DNA from: Hyphochytrium catenoides
Taxonomy: Eukaryota; Protista; Hyphochytriomycota
NCBI GenBank assembly: GCA_900088475.1
Contig: FLMG01000941.1
Location: 248,001-312,000, forward strand
DNA length: 64,000 nt
Direction: 5' to 3'
Part shown: piece by piece, positions 28,800-42,264 of the stretch
Layout of the letters: each line of letters begins with the position of its first letter
Position numbering within the stretch: the stretch's first letter is position 1
Program-made: the position numbers and the translations under genes
Notes under the pieces: generated by a model
Seen by the model: only the letters and a program-made list of their open reading frames with translations
Told to the model about the DNA's origin: nothing
Databases searched by the model: none

Positions 28800-29225
28800 T
28801 GGATAGAGACGACCAAGAAGTGTCTGCCGCTTGGGTTTCTGAATGAACTCCCGCTGTATTCACCATGAAAGTTGCATATGCAGCTGCCCTCTCTCAGCTG
28901 TTCTAGGCTGAGCTCCATCGAGAGATCGAGAGGCGGTGATCGGAGACAGTAGAAATAGCGCAGATCCTTGCCCTTTCAGCTGGCCCCTCACTTTCTTGCT
29001 ACGGGTTGTCAGAAAGGGCGAAGACCATCCCTACATTGGGGCCACTCCCGTCCATATGTGCGAAAGCTGCCAGAGAAGAGGAGAGATGTGACCCTGCTTG
29101 TTGCAGCCTGCTACGATGAGTCCTGATACAAGCCACAGCTCCTCTATCAACCTTCATCCAGACGCCTTACGGCAGGTGGCATGCAGTCTAATGAAGGAGC
29201 CGAAAGTCCCGCTCTATTGATCAAC

Positions 29226-30658
29226 TCAATCAGAAGCCGAGGTGAAAGCAGGGAACTCCGACGCAAGAGAGAAGATCCAAATTTTTATCTTGGGGTCTCT
29301 ATAACCAGGAGGTATCTCCCCTTCTTCCACTTCTCTCCTAATAAAACCTTCTCTCGCCATGCCTTGAAGGAACAGGGAGTCTGAAACTTTACTCCTGGTC
29401 TGATGCGCCAAGATGACCTGAGAACTGGGTAGAGAGAGCGCCTTGATGGTATGGACCAAGGGAAGAATAAGCTCTGGGACCCAGACGACGTCTGAGCCTA
29501 CAATCAGCTCAAACTTCCGCTCACTTCTTTTCCGCTGCGGCGTATCGTTGCTTTCTCTTTCCTCCGTGGCCGCTGGTGGGCTTGGGCGCTTGGTGATACT
29601 CTCGTTATTTTCAGAGGTGAGAGAGGCGGGGAGCGGCAAGGCTCCCATATTCTGCCAGTCTAGGACTTCAAAGGAGATCGTCGTTGGTCTGTCGCTACTT
29701 CCGTGATTGTTTCCGTCTATCTCTCTCTTCTCGATACAGGGGAGAGCCTCTTTGTTCCTTTGGTAGTTCTCCCGGGCGCAGTCCAGTGCATAGTCCAGAT
29801 CAGTGACAAGAAGCTCTCTGAGACAACCTAGAGCACAAAGGGAGAGAGAGACAAGCCCAACGCCACACCCCAGCTCGACAGCACTTCTTCCTTTCAGATT
29901 CTTTTTATAGGAAAGCTCTAAGAATTTAGAGAGAACCACGGCTCCGTCCCAGACAGTCAAGCCCGTGCCCTGCCCGGTGTTTGGCCTCTCATGGACATAG
30001 AGCGGCAGCCTGTTGACGGTAAATTCTCCCTCGGAGAAACGGAAAGGGAAAGATTTATATGGGAGGGAGAGCAGAGGTGGAGCACAAGAAGAAGAAGAAG
30101 AGGCACTGTGGCTCTCTTCTTCCTGAAGAGGCCGCGGAGCAAGAGGCTCACATAGGAGGAGCCTGACATAAGAGCGCTTCTGGCGTTGCTTTAAGAGTTG
30201 CTGCAGATCCTGAAGGCACTGGGGACAGTCAACGACAAAGGAAGAAAGAGCCGTGAGAGGTGGACGAAGAGAAAGAAACTCCCTTGCTCCATACTAGACA
30301 CAGAAAAGAGTGACAGTAAAAGGCGAGAAACATCGACTGGTGTAGGAAGAGAGATTATGCCACCGCAGAACGAGAGGCCACTCGGTCGCTAGAGATCTGA
30401 TTGAAGAAGAGAGCCACAGGAAGGAGATACCTCATAGCTCTGGCTGTCATGATCCCATATCTTAAACTCGCAATCCTTATGAATCTGTCTCTCGGACTGA
30501 CTTGAGATGAAGGCCGTTAACTCCTCCAAGCTCTTCACACTCTGAGAGTCAGCCAGGCGAACCTTCTGCACAGAGGAATCGGCTGCGTTGGTGCTCGAAA
30601 GAACGATAAGAAGAGACCTTCCCTTCTCTGCGCTCTCTCCTTCCGCAGGTGCTGCCAT
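29226..30658 (-). CDS. METTL21-like (Methyltransf_16) protein-lysine methyltransferase with an extra N-terminal domain
   Basis: Motifs GTGLTVWDGAVVL, VELGCGVG, VTD, LDW, IVGSDVVW. Two exons with an intron at about 30220-30430. Confidence 0.88.
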
Positions 30659-31298
30659 TAGTGACTCTGGCCACCGTCAACGAGACTGCGGAAAATGAAG
30701 AGGCAGTGCTCGTAGCTCTTGGAAGAGCGAGGACTTGGAGGAGCTCAGCGAAGAGAACAAGAGAGAAACAAGACAGAGCAACAGCCGGCGGAGAGACAGA
30801 CAGACAGAGCAACCCCAGTGCCAGAGGAGAAGCAGTGACGGGCACAACTGACAGCACTCCGTGGCTGAAGTGAAGATCCGGAAGAGATTGTGCCGTGTGC
30901 AGGAGAGAGAGACTTTTTGGGGATTCTGATGCTTACCGAGGAGGAGTACTATCAGGTTGAAAGTGAGTTGTTTAGGCTAGCGGTTAGTACACGGTTACCT
31001 CCTGGGCGGAATACTATTAGGAGGAAGCTTTTAACAATCTTTCTTTGGTATGAACAACTTGATGTTGTCACCTCTCTTCTCTCTCTCTCTCTCTCTCTNN
31101 NNNNNNNNNNNNNNNNNNNNNNNNNNNNNNCTCTCTCTCTCTCTCTGTGGGTATCTCTCTCCTCTCTATCATCATGATCACTATTCATCATCAGCCAGAA
31201 CTCCATCACGTCATTTGTCAGCTCTCTACTACGGAAGTCGAAGCTCTATTTTAACATCCAGAGTTATTGCCTTCATCCATCCCCCTCTAGCCCTTCAG

Positions 31299-31329
<31 letters not shown>

Positions 31330-31447
31330 TTTACTCTCTCCCTCTCTCTGCTCTTGATGTTCCCCACTTTTGACTAGCTCCTTTCCGCCTCTTCTCGCGC
31401 CTTCCTGGCTCTTCTGACGCTCTCCGTCGATCATCCACTGCCCTGCC

Positions 31448-34400
31448 ATGGGCCTTCTCTCTCTCCTGTCTCGCCCACAGACAGGGACCTGGAGGCTTCT
31501 AAGGCATAAGCCGCTTAGAGCTCTTGCAGGAAGAGACTGCGGTCTCACATCGCCGCATTCCTGTCTCCTTCCCACTCTGTCCGCCTCCCAACCCTCTTCT
31601 GTGCTCACTCCGCTCTCAAGGACCTTTCACTCAAAGAAAGAGAGCTCGGGAGAGAGAGAAAAGAGAGACAGAGCGAGAGCTAACGGGAGAGTGCAGCTTT
31701 CTCTTCCTCTTCTCTTTCATCAGCACAAGCGCTCGCATATTGGTCACCACCATCACCACGACCATGGTCACCCAGTGATTGACCCGTCAGGCGGCAAGAA
31801 GCCTTCGGATAGGAAAGAGGATGGTCAGTCAATTCATCTTCTTGCCAGACTGTCTTTCTCTCTCACAAGCTCTCCTCTCTGGTCCTCTTTCCGCTACCCT
31901 CCTCATCCCATCTCCTCTCGCCCCCACATCAACCTCTCTCTCTGTCTCTCGTGCTGCCTTCTCTCCTTTTCCGCTCCCTCTGTATCTTCGCTCTCGGTCC
32001 ACCCTTTCTCTCTCGCTCACACACACAAAACCTCTTTTTTTCTCTCTCTTTCACTGTCCTCCCTCTCTTTCCCTCTCTCTTTGTGTTTGGTGTGTAGATG
32101 TCTGTCTCTCTGTCGCCCAAACACACGCAAAGCCTCTCTCTCTTCAAGTCTCTCTCTCCCTTTCTCTCTACCTTTATAGCCCTCTATCATAACTGTCTCC
32201 GTCTCCCTATTGACATATCCTCCTTCACCTTAGAAAGGGAGAGCATCAGGGTGACGAATCTGGGTCTAGCCTCCAACGTGGTGCTTGCAGTGGGGAAGGT
32301 AAGCCCGTAGAAGGAAGAGAGGGCCAAGATTGGCCGGGGAGAGAGAGAGTCAATTTACTCTGCCGCTTGGAGAGAAGAGAAGGGAGGGTGTGGGCAGTAG
32401 ATGTATGTTAGGCTCACAAAACGTAAATGCTGACGTTTAACTCCTCTCTTTCCATGCCGTATGCTCCTCTCTCTTGCTCTCTCCGTCTTGCATTCTCTCT
32501 GTTCGTTTTTTTTTTCTCTCTCTCTCTCTCTCTCTCTTTACCTGTCATGTTAATTCTCTCTCTATTCCTCTCGTTCTCTATTATATTCTCTCACTGTGCA
32601 TCTCTCTTTCTATATGGGCTCACATCTTGGCGCTCTTTCTCATCGCTTTTTCCCGCTTCTCACCGCCCGGCCCTTCTTCTCTTTTTCTCTCACTCCTTTG
32701 CTTTCTCAATCGCTGTCTCTCTTTCTCTTGGCCTCCTTTTCCATTATCACCCTGTAACTTCATGTATCGTCTTCGATCTCTTCTGCAATACTCTCTGTTG
32801 CCTGGGGTTTGCAGGGAGTGGCTGGCGTCATGACTAACTCTACCGGATTATTGGCCGACGCTGTTCACTCCGTCTCGGACATGCTTTCGGACTTTGTCAC
32901 TCTTTGGACGGTAAAAATGGCGAGAGCTCCTCCTGACGAGAACCATCCTTATGGTAAGCGGGAGAAACGGGAGAGAGAGGAGGACAGAGGAGAAAGGAAA
33001 GGGTGAACAGACAGACAGAAAGAGGGAGATGGCAAGGAGTAAGGAGAGCTAGAGAGTGAGGGAAAGGGAAGACAACGGGCTGGAGACTGGGTCTTCTCAT
33101 GTCCGTGTCCTCTATCATGTCCCCTCTCTCTCTTGCTCTCTCTACCTGCCTGTTTCCGCTTCTCCTTTATGTCCTCAGGGCATGGTAAGTTTGAAGCCCT
33201 TGGGACCCTCATGGTAGGGGCGCTACTCTTCTCAGCGGGAGGAGGAATTGGCTGGCACGGTCTGGAGCAGATTCTCATGTACACGGAGGTCATTCCAGCC
33301 CATCCTGGAGCAGGTACGATGAACATCTACCGGTTGTCTCCATGACTATTGGACTGCTTTGAGCGGCTGCCTTGGACTAAACACTATTTGTCTCTTAGTG
33401 TTGTTGGTGTGTCTTATCTTTATGCTAATTCTCATCATAGTAAGCGCGTCTCCGCTTCCGAGCCTCATTTCCTTGCAGTGACCTTAATAGCCAAGGTAGA
33501 GCTAGGGTTAGGCCTGCCATTGTTTGAACAACCTATGCTTTCGGCCCCATCCTATGTACCCTTACCCTCTTTCAGGTCATCACCATCACGATGTGAGCGA
33601 TGCTCTAGCGATGGTCAACCCAGGCCTCGCGGCTGGTGCAGCGCTCTTCTCTATAGTTGTCAAAGAGTGGCTCTTCCATGCCACCGTGAAAGTCGGAAAA
33701 AAGACTAACAGCAATGTAGGAGCCTCCTCTTCGCTCTATTTCATGAGTTATATAATTTTTAGATTCTTCCTTCTCCTCTTTGTTTGAGTTGCAGGCTTTG
33801 TCTCTCCCTCTTCGAGTCATTTGTTCGTATCGTCCTTACTTTGCTTATATTTTCTTGCTATGTCGTTCCTTTAGTCTTCATGGCTTGGTGACTGTTGCTG
33901 TCCCTCAGGTGCTTATTGCCAACGCGTGGCATCATCGTGCAGACTCAGTCTCGTCGGTCATCGCCTTCCTGGGCCTAATGGGCGCTATGTATGGGTATCC
34001 TTATCTTGACCCGGGTAAGAGGAAGCTGAGTGCTGTGGAGCTGTTGGAGGGTATTAGGGAAGTTTAGGATGAGACAGGGAAGACAGAACAGGCCAAGGCG
34101 GAGGAGAGAGTTAACCAGTAAAGTCGGTGTGTAGGACTCAAAGCCCGCCGCTTTACTCCTAAGAGCCTTACTCCTCTCTTGATTGCAGCTGCGGGAGTCA
34201 TTGTTTCCGGAATGATTATGAAGATGGGCGCTTCCGTTTGCTGGGACAGGTAAGAACTCCGTTTCTTGCAGAGAAATAAGGGGTGGTGATCGATCTAACG
34301 CCCATCTCTCAGCATCCGTGAGCTTACGGATGAGAATCTACAGGCAGACGTGGTGAAGTTTCTAGACGAACAGGTGCCCTTGCTGGTGTCCCACTTTCTC

Positions 34401-36511
34401 GCACAGACTGCTCTATATAGTCCCGCTCCATGCCTCTCCACATGCCTCTCCTCATAGCATCTTCATGCTTTCTGCCCGTTTGATATGAACCATTACCGAG
34501 CCTCCCCTGACTTTCACTGTTTTTATCTGTGTCACTGATGTCTCCCCTATTGTCCGTCGTATGTACGTCAGTCGTACGTGAGGGCTGCAACCTACTACTA
34601 TCTGCGGCAATTGACTTGCTTCTTCTTAGAATACTAGTTATCTCTGTGACGGTTGATCCCTTGAAGATGAGTTGGTAACCTGCATTGCCGCAGGTGAGAT
34701 CTGTTCCAGACGTGAAGGACTGCGGCAACATTAGAGCGCGGCGTATGGGTCCATACACTCTGGTCGATTTGAGAATCCAAGTAGACAGCAATATGAGTGT
34801 CTCCGCCGCCCAGCAGGTAAAGCATCCACCTGCAGCGATGCAAGAGAGAGCAATAGAAACAGTGAAAGAAGACAGGGAGAGACAGAGGGAGATCGAGGAA
34901 GACTTCAAAATGAGAATCCTTGTAATTGATAGCCGGTCAAGTCTAAGTTTGAACCCTTCCGTTACCAGAAGTCTCTGCTCGCCCGACCCTTGCGTTCTCT
35001 TTCAGCGTCACCAAGCTCTGGTGACGTCACTGTATCGGCAGCTTAAACCCTAATCTGGCCCTTCTTCCACCCCTCTACTCTCCTGAAGGTGGCAACGAAA
35101 GTCAAGCTGCGGATCGCTGAGGTGTTTCCTCAAGTATCAGAGGTAATGGGAGTCGTCACCGCGATGCAAGGCCAAAGGGCCCTCTCTCTTAGCTTTCAGC
35201 TCTTGCTCAGAAATCTAAGAAGTCACTGCCGTCTGCGGCCGTAGCAGTAACGCTTCTACGCCCCATATCTCTGGCACAAATCTTTTCGCTGTTTGCCCTT
35301 ACTTCATGCACTTCCAACTGCTAGGTCTCGATAGAGAAGGTTCTATAAACTAACTTCGTCTATTGCTGCTACTGCCACTCTTTTCAGGTCCTGGTCTATG
35401 TGGATGCAGATGCAGGTATTTGACAAGCTCTTGTGCAAGACCTCTTACTAGTATCTCCCTCCTTATTCCTCTGTTGTTCTCTCTTTCTGTGGCTCCGCTA
35501 TCTTTCCTTCCCTTGCTCTTGAAGGAGCCGCTCTAGCGATAACGCTTTCTTGTTGGTGCTAACCGCACACTATCTTCCTTTACCTCCTAGTCTCCAGAAA
35601 GGACTCACTGGCGCTGCACGGTGCTGAGGGGCTACGAAGAGAGGACATGATGAGAGCACAAGCTGAGATTAGGTAGCAGCCCCTAGGTCGTTTAGTTGCT
35701 GCTGGCCGGACTCTATTACCTGTTGTCAATGCGTTGTTCCTGTTGACGAACTGCATCTTTCTCCCGCAGTGCTCTCCTCTTAGGCTTCTGTCTTAGCTCT
35801 TGAGAGAGTACTGTTCCTCGACAACGGATTCCTCCTGAGCTGTTTACGTTCATTTGAGTTTTTCACCCTCCGCTTTCTCTGAAGATTTCTCGAGCTCATC
35901 AACCTGCGATATTATGCCACATGCTTCATTTGTCCCTTGCTCGAATGTGCCACAGAGAAGACATTGTGTCGGCGTTGCGAACTATCGCCGAAGTACGGGG
36001 CGCCTCACACCTGATGATTCACTGGCGGGGAGACAGTGCTGGAGTTTATGCGAATGAGGTGGAAGTGCAGATCGCTGTGGACCCTAATATTAGAGTTAGA
36101 GACGCTTCCGCCATAGCAGACAGGGTCAGAAGGTAAGGCAACAATGAAGGTGTAGGAAGAAGGGAACAAGATGGACTCCCGGGTGAAAGAGCTAGGCAAT
36201 GGAAGATATAGAGCAAGGTGCAGGGCCAAGTCTAAATCGGCTCTTGGCCTTTCCTTAACTTTATGACTCTTCCTTTATGTTGAAAGATTTTCTGCGTGCC
36301 TGACCTTAGTATTCTTTGCTTCCTAACACTCTCTTCTTCGTAACTCCCTCTTTTTCTTTTCTTCTTTCTTTTCCTTGTCATCAGGGCTGTCCAAGAGATC
36401 AGCGACGTAAGAGATGCCGACGTGCACTTGGAGCTCGGAGAACAGGGCCACGCTGCGCAGGAGGAAGAGTGGTTCTACCGGAGGCAGGATCATACTCCTT
36501 TTGCGAAATAA
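31448..36511 (+). CDS. Cation diffusion facilitator (MMT1/2- or MTP6-like), probably organelle-targeted, with tandem C-terminal dimerisation domains
   Basis: Presequence-like N-terminus and His tract HIGHHHHHDHGH. Motifs STGLLADAVHSVSD, PPDENHPYGHGKFE, LIANAWHHRADS, YLDP, RARRMGPY. A second C-terminal domain ends DVRDADVHLEL; stop at 36509-36511. Confidence 0.9.
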
Positions 36512-36860
36512 AGCGTGCAAGACCAATGTACATAACCAACACGAGGACTATCGGGAAAGCAGTCTCTGACTGTGGTCTCACATGCGAGATGTGGTGACGG
36601 TCTATTAAGCAGCCTCAACCTCTTAGGAGCTATCATCCTTGACAATGAGAGCACCCTCTGCGAAAGTAAGAGAAATGCTCAGACTAGCCTTGGATCCTCT
36701 CGCGAAAGAAGTCAGCGCCATCACATATACAATGGGGCAATGGAGGAGAGGTTGAAGCCAGTTTTCGTCCCCTCTTCCTACCAGTCCCTCTCTCCGACCT
36801 TCTGCACCAAGCATTCCCAGAGTCCTTGACACTGCCGCGATTGACTTCCCTCACAGTTCA

Positions 36861-38322
36861 TCAATCCTCGATTTCCTTTCCTTCCTCTCCAAGCAGTGCG
36901 TCAAGGAGCCTAAGGTCCACCTCCCACTCTTCTTCGTGGAAAGGAAAGGCAAGTAGAAAGTAAATCAGATCCATGTTGGTGCACTCCGAGACTTGTACGT
37001 CTTCTGCCAGCTGGTCCAGAGCTTCAGGACTGAAGGAGACAACAGGAGAGAGAGAAGACTGGGAAGCCATAGAGGCTGTCTCCCAGTCTCCTTCATCCTC
37101 TCCATCCGCCTCGCTGTCTCCTCGTGCTTCCTCGGCCTTGCTCTGCTCTATCCCATCTTCTCTTTGTCCCTTGTTACTACTTTGCAAATCTGCGGCTTGC
37201 TCATCTATCCTCTGACGCTTCCTTCCTTTCTTTGTGGACTTTTCCTCTTTCTCCATCGAGCTTTCCTCTTCTTCATCGTCCTCGACCTCAACTTTTCCTT
37301 CTGGCAGTTCTGGCTGGTCTCCAGGAATGACCACCATCATCTCTAGAATAGCCTGGAGAGGCTCATAGTCCGGTGCAAAGGAGATCTTGTACCAGAGGCG
37401 TGTGAAAGAGAGCGTCGCTCCTCCCTGTCCCTGCTTGTCCCCATCGGCCTCCATCATCTGGATCTCTCTCTCCTGCTGCTCAATCATTCTTTTGAACTGA
37501 AAGCGCAGCTGAACTCTCTCTCGCTTCATCCACTCTCTCCTGTGCACCTTTCCTTCTCTCAGCCGCTCATTACTGAGGGAGAGGAGAATGTCAATCGACG
37601 AGTAGTTCAAGGTCCGAATGTCCTGCACGCTCTCAACCGCCAGCATCTGAATCCATCTTTGTCCTTGAGAGTTAAAGGAACGATCCTTAGACTTTCGCCG
37701 CAGAAAGTCCGTGTACGGGTGCGTGAGAAGGCGCTCTATGATCTGGAAAGAGAGGAGGAAGGAAGAGGAGAGAGAGGACTGCTTAGAGAAACAGAAAGGG
37801 TATCTACGCTTCGCTAAAAGGGAGTAAGGAGATAGAGCAAAGGAACAAGAGAGAAAGGAGGAGCCGAGAGGTGAAGGAAGATGAATCGATGACTGAACAG
37901 GAGAGGTAACGGAGAGGAAAAGAGTTGAGAGAACAGAGAGCGAGGCGGACGGAAGGAGCGAGGGGCACGAAGAGAAGAGACAGAGTGGGGAACGGAGAGA
38001 CCCACAGTGGGGAAGGAAGAGAGGCAGAGAGAGAGAGAAGAGAAAAACGAGAAGAGGAGAGGAACGGGGGAAAAGGGGAGAGAGAATGGAGAGAAAGAGA
38101 GAAGGAAGCGGGGGCGAGAGACAGAGACAGAAAGAAGGCTCTAGAGGTGACCGATAGACAGCTAGGACCCACCAGTTCTTTGACGTAGAGTCTCTGTGCG
38201 AACTCCTGGATCTTGAGCAGAACATCCTTCGGCTCGCTGACCTCGCGATAGAGACTCGCCAGGTGCTGCACCTCCTGCTGCAGCACAGCGTCCGAGTATT
38301 TGTCCCGCAGGTTCAGAGCCAT
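36861..38322 (-). CDS. Two-exon hypothetical protein with an acidic, charged C-terminal half
   Basis: Exon 1 MALNLRDKYSDAVLQQEV..., a CT-rich intron (~37745-38165), exon 2 IIERLLTHPYTDFLRR...FPFHEEEWEVDLRLLDALL. Confidence 0.65.
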
Positions 38323-38658
38323 AGTGAAGGGAACTTCGGTCGCAGCAGTGAATGACAGTCAGGCCCCTAACTGCCAACCGGCAGAGAAGCGCTGACTCGA
38401 GAGGGAAGAGCCAGAAACAGTGCCTGGTGCAGAATGGTGCCCGGGAGAGAGATGGTAGAGACGACTAGACAAACAAGGGGACTTCCCTGCTTCAGGTTCT
38501 AGGACAGAGAGTGAAAGCGAGATACCGAGGAGGGAGAAGGGGGAGATATGATAAAGGGGAGAGAGAGAGAGCGAGCGCGAGAGGGAGAGATGAGGGAGAG
38601 AATGGGGCAAGAAGGGACAAGACGGCGAGGGGGACAGAGAAGCACAGACAGAGAGAGA

Positions 38659-38702
<44 letters not shown>

Positions 38703-39434
38703 CAAAAGAGCTTTGGCCTAGGCGAGGCGAAACATCAGAAACACATTCAGGTCGACTGGATAAGGAACGACCAGTCTGGTAGAGAATAAAACCGCTATAG
38801 GTTAATGATCGGCACTCTTTTATAGCGTATATTCCGAATTTCCTGGAGCCCCAAAGGGCGCAAACACCTCGAAAGTCTCACCCTCCTTCCTCTCCCTTTT
38901 GTCTCTCTCTCCTCCTTTTCCTCTCTCTCCCCTCACATCACCCTGCCTCCCTCCTCCTTCTCCTCAGAGATAAGGAGAGGGAAGAGATGGCCTCCCGGTT
39001 CATGAACTCGACAACTTTGCTGACCTCCACCGCCATCGTAGAGCATCCGCTCTCAGGGTAAGCACGCTGTGCCTTGTAGAGCAAGTGATTGCCAAGTGTG
39101 AAGGGCGGCGAGAAGGGAGGATGAGGGAGAGGAAAGATGAGTGAAGAAGAAGGGATGAAAGAACGGCTCTGAGAGGCTCAGGTAGAGAGGGTGACCCTGT
39201 AAGGCCACTTGTGGAGCTTAAGGTTCATTAATAGTTTAGCCAAGGCAAAGGAGAAGACGTTGGCACCCTGGCATGAGAGAGGAAGATAGGTGAAAACGAT
39301 AGGAAAAGGAGAGGAAAAGACAGGAGAACGAGGAGGTAGATGATTAGGGGAAAGACTAAGCAGCCTTCGCAACGACCAGCAGTCCATCTGAGCCACTGCT
39401 TGGAAGATGACAAATTAGAGAGAGGAGAGAGACA

Positions 39435-41546
39435 TTATACAATGGCACTAGCAGCAGCATGCTGTCCTAGGTCGCTGAGCCGCTTTGCTCTAACTTCTTG
39501 GATGGTTTCCTCAGTGGTACCCAGTTGTTTCAATGCCTTCTCTCTCTTCATCTGCTCTAAAGAGTACCCGCTTAGCCGCTCCGACTTAGCAACGAGGTTG
39601 CCAACAGCGATTTTATCTCCTTGGAACACTGCAGACATCAAAGTGATAGAAAGAGAGAGAGAGAGAGACAAAGAGAGAGAGAGACAGAGAGAGAAAGAAC
39701 GAGAGCGAGAGTTAGAGAGTTAGAGAGAGAAACAGAAAAAGCAAAGAGAGAGAGAGAGAGAGAGAAGAGAGAGAGAGGAAAGAGAGGGCGAGGGATCATG
39801 TCAAGAGAGGGCGAGGGATCTCGGGATCATGTCACGAGAGGGACGAACAGCTCGGAACTGTGACAAGAAATGAGCTTAGGCAAGAAGAGAGAAGAGAACA
39901 GCACTATAATACGAGGGTCACCAGATAATAAGAAGAAAAACATCTCGGCAACGTAGAACTGAGTGGAAGGAGGAAATCGCAGAAAGGAGGTGATAACGAT
40001 ATGAGATTAAAAAGGAGAGTGGATGGACTTCAAAGGGCAGCAAGGAGGAATGTACCAAATCTGGCTTGCTCGTAGATGTCCTCTGTCAGCCCTAACATCT
40101 TCAGACCCTTCTCTCTCAGAACTGCCTCTCTGTCAACCCCTAGCCTTTTCAAGATTACCCTGTCAGGGGCTGAAGGGAGAGCAAGAGGAACTTAGTAAAC
40201 ATAGAAGAGAGAGCCTACGGAAGAGAAGAGCCACGCATGGGAGGCGTTGTGGCGTTGTGGCATTCACGAGACCATTCCCTGTCTCGCTCTCTTTCTTCTT
40301 TTCTCTCTTGTCCTCTCTCTGTCTGTCTCTGTCTCTCTTTCTCTTAGCCCTTGCCTCTTCCCTTCTTCCTCCATCCAACTATCTATCTATCCCTCTCTGG
40401 GTAGCGCCTTTTCTCTTTGTCCCGCTAACTTCCGTTCGTCTCTTATCTTACTTGTGGTGGCATCTCGCCTATTGTTATTGCGCCCATTGTTTGTGGCAAC
40501 TGCGTGAAGCAAAATTAGGCAACTACCTCGACAATATGAGGGGAGTAGACAAGAGAAGGAATGCTAGGTAGTGACTGACAAATAGACGTCATTGAGCAAG
40601 GGAAAAGACAGCTTGGAGAAGGAACATGTCAGGTACCATAGTCGGCGCAGGGTGTTCATTCATCTCTGTCTATCTCTCTTACCTTGGTGGCTCACTCGTC
40701 TAGCATCTGAGGGAAGCCTTGGTCCTAACATCCCCAAGTTACTGTTCCTTCTGCTTGGATAAGAGTCCATACTTGTAAGCCCGATTACGGTTCGTCTAGG
40801 CTGCAGGTTAGCTCCCGAAGTACTCGGCCGACCAGGCTGATCGCCGGCGTTGTTTATGGTGAATTCTGAAGAGGACGTACCAGCAGGAAAGAGGACGAGA
40901 GAGCGATTAGCCTAGAGCATCTCGAACCTTAACTGGACGATCAATGAGGCGCCAATCTTCTGAAGAGGTGACTACTCTTCGAATACTTCAATTTCCACGT
41001 ATAGCACCTTCCTTCCTTCTCCTCTTTATTGGGATAACTGGGAGTCACACGCACTCCCTTGTCTCTCTGATCCGAATACCCTACGCGACTCTCTTTTTCT
41101 TACCTTCAAACGATGCCTGAGACTCGTCGTCGTCTTCTGCCGTCTCTTGAGTTGCTGGAGATAGAGCCTTCTCCTCTGGAGTGGTTCTCTCTGCGGCCTC
41201 CATGGCTTGACTCTCAGTCATAGCCCTTCCCCCATCTGAGAGCGAAGAAAGAGAGAATATAAAGCGATCTGACTCGTCCTCACCTAACCCTCTCATGTTT
41301 ACTAAGTTGATTGCTCGCTCTTTTCTTAACCCGCAAATGGTCTCGATCTTTCCCTCTCTCCTTGTCGCCAATGTTCGCAGATGATGCGTCGGGCGGGCTT
41401 TTTCTTCTCTTCACAGCGTTTCTGCTCTCACCTGCTTCACCATCCTCGCGCTGGTTCGGCGGCGATGGAGTTACAGAGGTCAACTGGGATGCATCAGCAG
41501 TGTCGGGAGGCGGTTGGTCCACCGGCGCTATTCTTCTTGATGACAT
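39435..41546 (-). CDS. Multi-exon hypothetical protein with repeated LK-x-LG motifs; both ends uncertain
   Basis: Exons join in frame: ...RRVSHQ|APDRVILKRLGVDREAVLREKGLKMLGLTEDIYEQARF|VFQGDKIAVG...REKALKQLGTTEETIQE. Confidence 0.45.
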
Positions 41547-42217
41547 ACTGTTCGCCTCCTTTAGTTCTACCGGGCTGCTCGGTACTTTGCCTTTCTAGCT
41601 TACTATTAGCCCCCGTGCGATGTCAAGAGCAAGCTGCACAGACCCACGAGACAGTTTTCTCCTGGGTGCCTCTTTCTTTTACAGGCAAAAAGAAGAGAGT
41701 ACGAGGACGCCAGTCATAGCGATTCTCCTGCTTGACCGAAGATTAGGGAGAGAGAGACAGAGGAAATCGAGACAGGCCAGACCGGGGCACTTACACGAGA
41801 ACCGAAGCTCTTTAGCTTGGTCTTTCTTCTACTCCCTTATTAACAAGTCGTGGCTCGTGCAATCCTTATCTTCAGTTGTGTTTGCGCCTGTCGCGATGCT
41901 TCTCATCACAGTACTGCCTGGTCATCCCCAAACTTACTGACAACAGCATGATAACTGTGTCCTTCCTATCGTGTCTTGGCTCTGGTGTGCTCATCAATCT
42001 TTCTCTCAGTCTCTCTCTCTCTGCTTCAACCCCGTTTCCTCCCAGTTCCCAACGATCTGCTGTCTTCTCTCTGAATAATCCTCCTCTCCTTCATCTTCTT
42101 AGGTCCCCAGCATATATCTCTTGGCTCTCGCTCTGTCCCTTTCGCTTATACTCTTTGGGACAGTTCCTTCTCTGTCTGTCTTCACTTCCACAACTTTTCC
42201 CCTTCTCTTTCTCTCTT

Positions 42218-42264
<47 letters not shown>

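Noticed and set aside
37745-38225. Leu/Ser/Pro-rich 'transmembrane' N-terminus of the 454-aa ORF, and similar ORFs at 27230, 31779, 32427, 40023 and 41876
   Set aside because: These are translations of CT-rich introns and microsatellites.
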